The position numbers were made by a program, and so were the translations under genes. The notes below the pieces were generated by a model. That model saw only the letters and a program-made list of their open reading frames with translations. It ran no database searches and was not told where the DNA came from. Below, piece by piece: positions 1 through 8,041 of a stretch of DNA of 38,932 bases; positions within the stretch are counted from its first letter, which is position 1; each line of letters opens with the position of its first letter. Location of the stretch: contig CAXTKV010000020.1 in the NCBI GenBank assembly GCA_964244895.1, positions 1 through 38,932 on the forward strand, given 5' to 3'. The DNA is from an uncultured Deinococcales bacterium (GTDB taxonomy: Bacteria > Deinococcota > Deinococci > Deinococcales > JAAFIG01).

Positions 1-17
1 TGCGTCCAGGACGGTGC
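1..17. repeat. Intergenic box repeat (right box only)
   Basis: TGCGTCCAGGACGGT at 1-15; a partner box would lie outside the window. Confidence 0.8.
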
Positions 18-29
18 CCGTGAGGTCGT

Positions 30-1532
30 ATGAGAGCCATTCTGTCCGTATCCGACAAGCGCGGCCTGGAAGCCTTCGCCAGAGGTCTGCTCGAGCGGGG
101 CTATGAACTCGTCTCGACCGGAGGCACCTTCAAGACGCTGCGCGAGGCAGGCTTGCAAGTCACGTACATCAGCGACGTGACGGGCTTCCCGGAGATTCTC
201 GAAGGGCGCGTCAAGACCCTGCACCCGAACGTCCACGGCGGGATTCTGGCCAAGCGCACGCCCGAACACGCCGCAGAACTCGAGCAGCACGGGATTCAGG
301 CGGTCGATCTGGTCTGCGTTAACCTCTACCCGTTCCAAGAGACGATCGCGAAAGACAACGTGACGCAAGATGATGCCCTGGAAAACATCGACATCGGCGG
401 GCCGACCATGATCCGGGCCGCCGCCAAGAACTTCCCCAGCGTGCTGGTCGTGGTCGATCCGGAAGATTACGGCGCGGTGCTCGAGAAGATTGGTCGGGAC
501 GATCCGGAGTTTCGCAAAGCGCTGGCGCGAAAGGCGTTCGCGCACACCTCGAGTTACGACGCGGCCATCACGACCTACCTGGGCGCAGAAGCCTTCGGGG
601 ATGCCCGGACGCTCGAGTTGACGCGAACCAGAAGCCTGCGCTACGGCGAGAACCCGCACCAGAACGCCAGCCTGTACCGCCTGGGGGCTGAGCGCGGGCC
701 GGTGCTGGACGCGCGGGTCGTGGCGGGTAAAGAGATGGGGTTCAACAATTACGCCGACGCGGACGCGGCCTGGGCGCTGGTTGCGGAATTCGAGATGCCC
801 GCCTGCGTGGCCGTCAAGCACGCCAACCCGTGCGGCGTGGCCGTGGCGGAGGACGCCAAAACCGCCTGGGAACGCGCCCGCGACGCCGACACGCTCTCCG
901 TCTTCGGCGGCGTGGTGGCGATCAACCGAACCGTGACGCTCGAGGTCGCACAGGCCACGCGAGGCACCTTCCTGGAAGTGCTGATCGCGCCCAGCGTGGA
1001 CGCTGACGCTATTCTGTGGTTCCACGCCAAGAAGCCCGATATGCGCGTGCTGATCGCGGGCGAATCCAGCTTTGGAAGGCTGGAATACCGCCCGATGGCG
1101 GGCGGATTTCTGGTGCAGGAGCGCGATGCGCGCGTCTGGGATGACCTCTGCCCGGAAGTCGTGACGCAAAAGCAACCCACGCTGGAGGAATGGCGCGATC
1201 TGGAGTTCGCCTGGAAGGTCGGCAAGCACGCGCGCAGCAACAACGTCGTGCTGGCCAGGAACCTGGTCACGGTCGGTCTGGGCGCGGGCGCGGTCAGCCG
1301 CATCTGGGCCGCCGAACGCGCCATCCTGAACGCGGGCGAGAACGCGAAAGGTTCTGTGCTTTCCTCCGAGGCGTTCTTTCCGTTCGACGACGTGGTGCGG
1401 GCGGCGGCGGCGGCTGGCGCGACTGCGATCATTCAGCCCGGTGGTGCGAAACGCGACCCGGAAGTGATTCAGGCCTGCGACGAACTGGGCGTGGCGATGG
1501 TCTTCACGGGCTCGAGGCACTTCAAGCACTGA
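30..1532 (+). CDS. purH: Bifunctional AICAR transformylase/IMP cyclohydrolase
   Basis: 500 aa. N-terminal SVSDK..STGGT, GRVKTLHP, NIDIGGPTMIRAAAKN, LRYGENPHQ, KHANPCG, IIQPGG and terminal RHFKH motifs. Confidence 0.98.
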   Translation: MRAILSVSDKRGLEAFARGLLERGYELVSTGGTFKTLREAGLQVTYISDVTGFPEILEGRVKTLHPNVHGGILAKRTPEHAAELEQHGIQAVDLVCVNLYPFQETIAKDNVTQDDALENIDIGGPTMIRAAAKNFPSVLVVVDPEDYGAVLEKIGRDDPEFRKALARKAFAHTSSYDAAITTYLGAEAFGDARTLELTRTRSLRYGENPHQNASLYRLGAERGPVLDARVVAGKEMGFNNYADADAAWALVAEFEMPACVAVKHANPCGVAVAEDAKTAWERARDADTLSVFGGVVAINRTVTLEVAQATRGTFLEVLIAPSVDADAILWFHAKKPDMRVLIAGESSFGRLEYRPMAGGFLVQERDARVWDDLCPEVVTQKQPTLEEWRDLEFAWKVGKHARSNNVVLARNLVTVGLGAGAVSRIWAAERAILNAGENAKGSVLSSEAFFPFDDVVRAAAAAGATAIIQPGGAKRDPEVIQACDELGVAMVFTGSRHFKH

Positions 1533-1611
1533 GTCAGGCACTGAGTCGGCCCGCGCTCTCGGGTTCGGTCGTGATCACCTCGAATACATCCGGGCGACGA
1601 ATCAGAATGGC

Positions 1612-1663
1612 GAGAACACCGTCCAGCACGCAAATATAAATATGCGTGCTGGACGGTGTTCTC
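1612..1663. repeat. Paired box repeat, 10-bp spacer
   Basis: GAGAACACCGTCCAGCACGCA-AATATAAATA-TGCGTGCTGGACGGTGTTCTC, a perfect 21-bp inverted repeat. Confidence 0.95.
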
Positions 1664-1820
1664 CGATCTCGCTGCGAAAATTGATCGCGCTGGGGCTGTG
1701 CGCGCGGTCGCGCATCGGCCAACGACCCGTTCGCCCTCGAGCGGCAACGTTGTCTCGGATTCCGGCGCAGCGAGGCTCGAGCATCAAACCGCGCGTTATA
1801 CACGGGCTTATCGGGTCAAA

Positions 1821-1838
1821 AACACCGTCCCCCACGCA
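1821..1838. repeat. Single box
   Basis: AACACCGTCCCCCACGCA. Confidence 0.75.
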
Positions 1839-1905
1839 ATTCTCATCGGCTGCAAATGCGAAATTTTGACAGTTTGGATTTGAAGGCGTCGTTACACTCG
1901 GCACG

Positions 1906-2424
1906 ATGCTTCCAAGACTCGCAGTGCTCATCGGTATGCTCGCGCTGATCGGTTGCGCGCCCGCCAACAACAGGATCTCGCGCGATGCGTACCGCACCCA
2001 GGACGTGGTGCACGACTTCAAACCCGACCGCGGCGAGGGCGCGAACTACAAGCTCGGCGAGTACGTGCGCTTCGCGTTCACGCTGACCCAACCCGGCTAC
2101 GTGACCGTGATCGCCGCCGACTCGAGCGGCATCTACGAACTCGAGCGCAACGTTCAACTGGCGGCTGGAACGCGCAACCTGCCGCTCAAAACCGATGTCA
2201 ACGCGCAGGGTGAAAGCGCCGCGTACAAGATCTCGCCACCCACCGGGATTCAGCGCGTGATCTTGCTCTACACCGACGCACCCGGCCCCGCCAAAAGCGC
2301 CGTCAAGTTCGAGGGCGCGTTCGACAACGCGCGGCTCGAGGAGGCCGTGCGCGCCTTCTTCGAGGGTTCCAGAGCCCGCGCCCGCGACATCGGGGAACTG
2401 ACGATCAACGTGGAGGGCAAATGA
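1906..2424 (+). CDS. Lipoprotein, DUF4384-like
   Basis: Lipobox LIGC. Y.LGE.VRF.FTL..PGYVTV pattern and PPTG. Leaderless-type TACACT 7 nt before ATG. Confidence 0.75.
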   Translation: MLPRLAVLIGMLALIGCAPANNRISRDAYRTQDVVHDFKPDRGEGANYKLGEYVRFAFTLTQPGYVTVIAADSSGIYELERNVQLAAGTRNLPLKTDVNAQGESAAYKISPPTGIQRVILLYTDAPGPAKSAVKFEGAFDNARLEEAVRAFFEGSRARARDIGELTINVEGK

Positions 2425-3611
2425 ACAAAAAACGGCTCGCACCGATGATCATTCCGATCATCACCGCAGCGCTCGTGGCCTGCCCCGCCGCGCCCGCCGC
2501 GCCGACCATCGGCGTCAACTCGAACGTCAAGGTGCTGGCCGCCGCCGACGTGACCACCGCCGACCCGACCCAACTCGAGGTCAGCACGCCCGGCCTGGCC
2601 GCCGGGGACGTGGTCGTGTCCGACTTCAAAGACACCGACGACGACGGATTGCTGCGCCGCGTCACCAGCGTCACGACCGCATCCGTGCCCAACCCTTCAG
2701 GCGTCGGGCCGCAAGCCATCACGAAGGTTTACGTCAAGACCGAAGCCGCCACCCTGGAAGACGTTTTCAGCAACGGCGAGGCCGACATCCCGTTCGGTGG
2801 GCTGGACTTCGGTAACGTCAGCACCCAGACCGCCCAGGGCGTGCAGGTCGAGGCGGTCACAGGCAACATCACGCTCACCAACATCAAATTGCCCCTGCCC
2901 AACGGCGTGGGCGACGTGACCTTCAACGGTTCGATCAGCCAGAGCCTCGAGCCGACCTTCAAGCTGACCTTCGCCAGCGGCAAAGTCGATCAGTTCGAGA
3001 TCGGGCTGGCCGGAACGCTGGCGGCAACCTTGAAAGCAAAAATCAGCACGACCGCCAAGTACACGAACCTCGATCTGGAAAAATCCATCGCCAGCACCAG
3101 CATCAGACGGTTGTTCCTGATCGGCGGCATCCCGGTGATCGTGGTGATCGAACCGAAGGTCGTGATCGGCATGAGCGGCGGCGCGAGCGACAAAGTCACG
3201 GTCGAGGCGGGCATCGCGCCCACCCTGTCGGGCGCGTTCAAGGTCGCCTACAACGCCAAGCTCGCCAGCACGAAGCGCTGGACGACCTCGTGGACGCCAC
3301 CGAAGTTCAACCTCAACCCGAGCTTCAGCTACACCGTGCCAACTTCCGCGACCGGGCAGACCTTCGCCAAGCTGGTGATGGATGTCAAATTTTACGGACT
3401 GTTCGGGCCGAGCCTCGAGACGAAACCGTACCTGGGGTTGACCCTGAAACCCGACAGCACCGCCACCACGGAAGCAGGATTGGCCGCCACGGGCACGCTC
3501 AAGGCGGGCCTGAGCGTTCTGGGCAAAAGCATCGAGATCGCCACCGATCCGTTGACGCAGAAGGCCAGCCAGGGTTACACCTGCTCAGCCTCGAGCGGTA
3601 AGTGCCAGTAA
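2421..3611 (+). CDS. Beta-rich lipoprotein of unknown function
   Basis: 396 aa. Signal peptide with lipobox LVAC, Thr/Gly/Val-rich. ATGA overlap with the upstream gene. Followed by a terminator. Confidence 0.85.
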   Translation: MNKKRLAPMIIPIITAALVACPAAPAAPTIGVNSNVKVLAAADVTTADPTQLEVSTPGLAAGDVVVSDFKDTDDDGLLRRVTSVTTASVPNPSGVGPQAITKVYVKTEAATLEDVFSNGEADIPFGGLDFGNVSTQTAQGVQVEAVTGNITLTNIKLPLPNGVGDVTFNGSISQSLEPTFKLTFASGKVDQFEIGLAGTLAATLKAKISTTAKYTNLDLEKSIASTSIRRLFLIGGIPVIVVIEPKVVIGMSGGASDKVTVEAGIAPTLSGAFKVAYNAKLASTKRWTTSWTPPKFNLNPSFSYTVPTSATGQTFAKLVMDVKFYGLFGPSLETKPYLGLTLKPDSTATTEAGLAATGTLKAGLSVLGKSIEIATDPLTQKASQGYTCSASSGKCQ

Positions 3612-3624
3612 ACTCTTGACCTTC

Positions 3625-3659
3625 AGCCCGAGCCGCGCCGAACGCAGCTCGGGCTTTTT
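3625..3659 (+). terminator. Intrinsic terminator
   Basis: AGCCCGAGC...GCTCGGGCT stem followed by TTTT, 14 nt after the stop codon. Confidence 0.75.
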
Positions 3660-3752
3660 CGTATCGCTCGAGCCCAGAAAAACGCTCAAAATCGCAATAT
3701 CTGGCGAATATCGCGTTAGTTCAGCCACTTCAAGGTTCAGTCGATGCGCGCA

Positions 3753-3772
3753 AGAACACCGTCCAGCACGAC
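3753..3772. repeat. Single box (partner decayed)
   Basis: AGAACACCGTCCAGCACGAC. Confidence 0.8.
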
Positions 3773-3907
3773 TTAAACGCGTATGCGGTCTGAGCGCCGA
3801 CCGTGAAGGTGTGACCGGAGCGGAAAAAACCGAGCCACAAACCGATATCCTGCGCGCAGGACGTTGAGCATCGAAGCGCTGAAAACCCGTCAACCCGGAG
3901 GAAGCTT

Positions 3908-4936
3908 TTGATTCACAAACGCATGCCACTCGCCATCGCCGCGACGCTCATTCTGGCCTGCGCGACCCTGAGCATCGGCTCGAGCCCGAGCGCCAGCATC
4001 ACGCTCGAGCAGGCTCCCGCGACCTCGGGCAGTCCGCCCCAGACGACTCTACCGCTGCCCCCACAGCTACCCACCCCGTTGCCACCACCGGTCAACACCA
4101 AACCCGACTGGCGCGACATCAAAACCTGGGCGGTGCAATACCAGGGCTTCAAGCAGGATCGTCCGACAGACCTCAGCCCAATCGTGAATGCGCGCGGCCT
4201 GAACATGATCGTGCTGGGGCGCTTCGATGGCTGGGGCCGCGAATGGGAACCCGCCAACATCAACAACCTCAAAAAAGGCATGTGGGTGTTCTCGTACCTT
4301 TCGGCTGGTCAGGCACAGAGCGGCGAATGGTACTGGGAAAAGGACTGGACGGTCGGCAATCCGGCCTGGATTCTGAACCGTTGGACGATCAGCGCGGGCA
4401 CGAACACGGGTTCGTACAACGTCGCGTACTGGCATCGCGACTGGCAGAACCTGATGCTGAGAACCATCGACCGGATCATCGCGAACGGTTTCGACGGCGT
4501 GTTTCTGGATCAGGCCGATTCGTACTGGAACCCGGATTTTCCCGGCGGGCCGTCCAGGGAAAATCAGAACCGCACGATAGACCTGGTCTGCAAGATCGCC
4601 AGTTACGCGCGCAGCAAAACGAAAAACCAGTTCCGTATCGTCACCAACGGCACGGTCGAGTTGATCGGTCTGCGCGGCTACACGAACTGCTGGGATGGAA
4701 TTTCCGCAGAGCAACTCTGGTATTTCGAGGATGGTAAACCGCAGCGCGCCAGCTACCGAGATTACATATTGGGCGAGTTGCCTCGGGCCACGCGGATCGG
4801 TAAGAAGGTCTTCACCTTCGATTTCACGCGCGTTCCCGCCGAGATCGAACGCAGCCGCAAGGACGCGACCAGGCGCGGTTTCATCCCTTTTTTCACCGAC
4901 CCTGCGGTCAGCACCACGCCGAAGTTTTACCGGTAG
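3908..4936 (+). CDS. Exported GH114 / TM1410-type endo-alpha-1,4-polygalactosaminidase-like hydrolase
   Basis: GGAGG before the TTG start, signal peptide, Pro-rich linker. WAVQYQ, YLSAGQA...WYW, VAYW...W, GFDGVFLD and AEQLW motifs. Confidence 0.8.
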   Translation: MIHKRMPLAIAATLILACATLSIGSSPSASITLEQAPATSGSPPQTTLPLPPQLPTPLPPPVNTKPDWRDIKTWAVQYQGFKQDRPTDLSPIVNARGLNMIVLGRFDGWGREWEPANINNLKKGMWVFSYLSAGQAQSGEWYWEKDWTVGNPAWILNRWTISAGTNTGSYNVAYWHRDWQNLMLRTIDRIIANGFDGVFLDQADSYWNPDFPGGPSRENQNRTIDLVCKIASYARSKTKNQFRIVTNGTVELIGLRGYTNCWDGISAEQLWYFEDGKPQRASYRDYILGELPRATRIGKKVFTFDFTRVPAEIERSRKDATRRGFIPFFTDPAVSTTPKFYR

Positions 4937-4967
4937 GTTCTTCTCGAGCGCACGGCCAGAGTTCGCA

Positions 4968-5012
4968 GCTCGAGTTCGCGGATCGGCTTACGGCTCGAGT
5001 TCGCGGATCGGC
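4968..5012. repeat. 20-bp direct repeat x2
   Basis: GCTCGAGTTCGCGGATCGGC at 4968-4987 and 4993-5012. Confidence 0.9.
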
Positions 5013-5016
5013 GCAC

Positions 5017-5078
5017 GAGAACACCGTCCAGGACGGTGTTCTTTGACGATCAAAATAGTGCGTCCTGGACGGTCTTCC
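5017..5078. repeat. Paired box repeat, 21-bp spacer
   Basis: Boxes 5023-5037 and 5059-5073. Confidence 0.9.
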
Positions 5079-5197
5079 CGAGCCTGAAGCTCGAGATATC
5101 GCGCGATACCACCGTGCAGGCAGACACACACTGTTATGCTACAACCGCCTCAATCAACCGACCGCGCTCCCGAGGCCAACGAGGATCACACGCACCG

Positions 5198-6130
5198 ATG
5201 AACCGTTTCATGCTCCTTTCGTGCTGCGCCGCGCTCGCCGTGAGCGTTCAGGCGCTCAGCAACCCAGCCCCGAAACCTGCGACCATTCAAGAGCAAATCA
5301 ACGATGACGCGCCGTTCATCAGGATCAAACCCGCCTGGCGCGACATCCAATCGTGGGGCTTGCAGTACCAGAAGTTCAAGAAAAACGACCTGCGCGAAAT
5401 CGCCGCGCTACCGATCGACCTGGTGGCGCTCGGACGGCTGGACGGTTGGGGCAAGGAATGGCAGGCCGCCAACATCAAGGATGTCAAACGCGACAAGTGG
5501 TTGCTGGCCTACATCAGCGCCGGGCAGGCTCAACCGCACGAATGGTACTGGCAGGAATCGTGGCGAGCAAACCCACCCGAATGGAAGATCGCGCGAGAGA
5601 CGCGCTTCGGGTCTTTTAACGTCTACTACTGGAACCCGGACTGGCAAAAGCTGGTCATGCAGACGATCGATCGGATCATCAAGAGCGGTTTCGACGGGAT
5701 GTTCGTCGATCAGGCCGACCCGTACTGGAACACGGGCTTTCCGGGCAGCGCCTCCCTCGAGAACCAGCAGCGATCCAAGGAACTGGTCTGCGCCATGTCC
5801 AAGTATGCTCGGGCCAAACAACCGGGCTTCAAGATCGTGACCAACGGCACGGCGGACTTGCTGGACTTTGTGGGGTTCTCGGGTTGCATCGACGGCATTG
5901 CCGCAGAACATTTGTGGTTCAAGGGAACCCACACCAAGGGCGATCCCGGCTACCGCGATTTCGTGCTGAGCCAGATGCCCAAAGCCCAGAAAGCTGGGTT
6001 GAAAATTTTTACTTTCGATTACACGGACGCCGAGGACGAGATCGCGTACACCGTCTGGCAGTCCTCCGCTCGCGGCTTCATCCCGTTCATCGGCGGACAG
6101 GGCTTGAAGGCGACGCCGAAGGTGTTTTGA
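5198..6130 (+). CDS. Exported GH114-like hydrolase (paralogue of the upstream gene)
   Basis: Start moved to ATG 5198 (MNRFMLL signal peptide), because the ORF-track start runs through a repeat element. Same motifs: WGLQYQ, YISAGQA, GFDGMFVD, AEHLW. Confidence 0.8.
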   Translation: MNRFMLLSCCAALAVSVQALSNPAPKPATIQEQINDDAPFIRIKPAWRDIQSWGLQYQKFKKNDLREIAALPIDLVALGRLDGWGKEWQAANIKDVKRDKWLLAYISAGQAQPHEWYWQESWRANPPEWKIARETRFGSFNVYYWNPDWQKLVMQTIDRIIKSGFDGMFVDQADPYWNTGFPGSASLENQQRSKELVCAMSKYARAKQPGFKIVTNGTADLLDFVGFSGCIDGIAAEHLWFKGTHTKGDPGYRDFVLSQMPKAQKAGLKIFTFDYTDAEDEIAYTVWQSSARGFIPFIGGQGLKATPKVF

Positions 6131-6179
6131 AAGGCAGGGCGAAGGTTAAAGGCTGGGGGCGCGATCTCGAGGCGAGGGC

Positions 6180-6229
6180 AGAACACCGTCCAGCACGCAT
6201 TATTTAATTCGCGTCCTGGACGGTGTTTT
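6180..6229. repeat. Paired box repeat, 10-bp spacer
   Basis: Boxes 6185-6199 and 6210-6224. Confidence 0.93.
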
Positions 6230-6329
6230 TGAAACCGACAAACCAAAGATTGCGCCAGGTGACGCGAAAACGATGAAAGATTGCGGCTCGGCTCGAGCAT
6301 GCCGCGGCGAGCAGCGATAGACTCAGGCC

Positions 6330-7874
6330 ATGTCGAAACTGGTGATCACCGCAGAGGCCAACCCGGAATTCAGCGACATCCTGACCCCAGAAGCCCTGGC
6401 GTTCGTGGCGGAATTGCAATCGCGTTTCGGGGCGCGCCGCGCGGATTTGCTCGAGGCTCGGGCGGCGCGCCAGAGAAAGCTCGAGGCCGGGGAACTACCG
6501 GATTTTCTGCCGGAAACGCGCCACGTGCGCGAATCCGACTGGAAGGTCGTGCCGCCCAAAGCGGATCTGAACGACCGCCGCACGGAAATCACGGGGCCGG
6601 TGGATCGCAAGATGATCATCAACGCCCTGAACAGCGGCGCGAAGGTCTTCATGGCGGATTTCGAGGATGCCAACAGCCCATCCTGGGAGAACTGCGTCTC
6701 GGGTCAGATCAACCTGCGCGACGCGATTCGCAGAACCATCAGCCTGGAACAGAACGGTAAGACCTACCAGTTGAACGACACCACCGCCACGCTGATCGTG
6801 CGGCCTCGAGGCTGGCATTTGATGGAAAAGCACGTGCTGTTCGATGGAAACCCGATCTCGGGCGGCCTGTTCGATTTCGGGCTGTACTTTTTTCACAACG
6901 CCAAGGCGCTCTTGGCGCGCGGTTCCGGGCCGTACTTTTACCTGCCCAAACTCGAAAGCCATCTCGAGGCGAGGCTCTGGAACGATGTCTTCAGCTTTTC
7001 GGAGGACTTCCTGGGCGTGCCGCGCAGCACGATCCGCGCGACCGTATTGATTGAAACGATCCTGGCGAGCTTCGAGATGGACGAGATCCTGTTTGAACTG
7101 CGCGAGCATTCCTCGGGCCTGAACTGCGGGCGCTGGGATTACATTTTTTCGACCATCAAGAAATTTCGCAACAGAGCAGATTTCGTGTTCCCGGATCGCG
7201 CCAAGGTCACGATGGCCACCCACATGATGAATTCGTATAGCCTGCTGGCGATCCAGACCTGCCACAGGCGCGGCGCGCACGCCATCGGCGGCATGAGCGC
7301 CTTCATTCCCGTCAAGAACGACGAGGCTGCCAACGCGAAAGCCTTCGAGCAGGTCAGGATCGACAAGGAGCGCGAGGCCAGCAACGGGCACGATGGCACC
7401 TGGGTGGCGCACCCAGGGCTGGTGCCGGTGGCGCTCGAGGTCTTCGACCGCCTGATGCCCACCCCGAACCAGCTCTCAACAATCCCGGACGCCAAGATCG
7501 CGGCCACGGACTTGCTGACGCTTCCCGAAGGAACCGTCACGGAAGCGGGCGTGAACCTGAACGTCAGCGTGGGACTTCAGTACATCGAGGCCTGGCTCAA
7601 GGGTTCCGGCGCGGTGCCGATCAACAACCTGATGGAGGACGCCGCGACCGCCGAGATTTCTCGGGCGCAGCTCTGGCAGTGGATCAAGCACGGTGCGCGG
7701 CTCGAGGACGGGCGAGCCGTGACGCTCGAGATGGTGCAGGCGATGCTGAACGCGGAACTGGATCGTCTGGGGCGGACGCGTTTTTCTCGGGCCGCTGAAC
7801 TGCTGATGGAGGTTTCGACCCGCGATCCCTTCATCGATTTTCTGACCGTGCCGGGGTACCGACAGATTGCCTGA
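6330..7874 (+). CDS. aceB: Malate synthase A
   Basis: [71 protein letters not shown]6-ATG. Confidence 0.98.
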   Translation: MSKLVITAEANPEFSDILTPEALAFVAELQSRFGARRADLLEARAARQRKLEAGELPDFLPETRHVRESDWKVVPPKADLNDRRTEITGPVDRKMIINALNSGAKVFMADFEDANSPSWENCVSGQINLRDAIRRTISLEQNGKTYQLNDTTATLIVRPRGWHLMEKHVLFDGNPISGGLFDFGLYFFHNAKALLARGSGPYFYLPKLESHLEARLWNDVFSFSEDFLGVPRSTIRATVLIETILASFEMDEILFELREHSSGLNCGRWDYIFSTIKKFRNRADFVFPDRAKVTMATHMMNSYSLLAIQTCHRRGAHAIGGMSAFIPVKNDEAANAKAFEQVRIDKEREASNGHDGTWVAHPGLVPVALEVFDRLMPTPNQLSTIPDAKIAATDLLTLPEGTVTEAGVNLNVSVGLQYIEAWLKGSGAVPINNLMEDAATAEISRAQLWQWIKHGARLEDGRAVTLEMVQAMLNAELDRLGRTRFSRAAELLMEVSTRDPFIDFLTVPGYRQIA

Positions 7875-7881
7875 TGACCAC

Positions 7882-7927
7882 AACACCGTCCAGCACACGA
7901 ATCCTGAAATACGTGCTGGACGGTGTT
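7882..7927. repeat. Paired box repeat, 10-bp spacer
   Basis: Boxes 7885-7899 and 7910-7924. Confidence 0.93.
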
Positions 7928-8041
7928 TTTAGAGGTGTACTCGAAAACCCTTCTCGAGATTTCTTGTTCAGTACAAGAATTCCTCGAGATTCACGCCGAA
8001 TTTTCATGGGTCGGGTTCGTCTCGAGCGGACGTATTGATCT

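Noticed and set aside
1526..1547. GCACTGAGTC duplicated at the purH stop as a possible att site
   Set aside because: Only 10 bp, adjacent copies, and no integrase; most likely slippage.
1534..1883. Short ORFs in the purH-lipoprotein gap
   Set aside because: They start inside or run through repeat boxes, with no RBS or -10 support.
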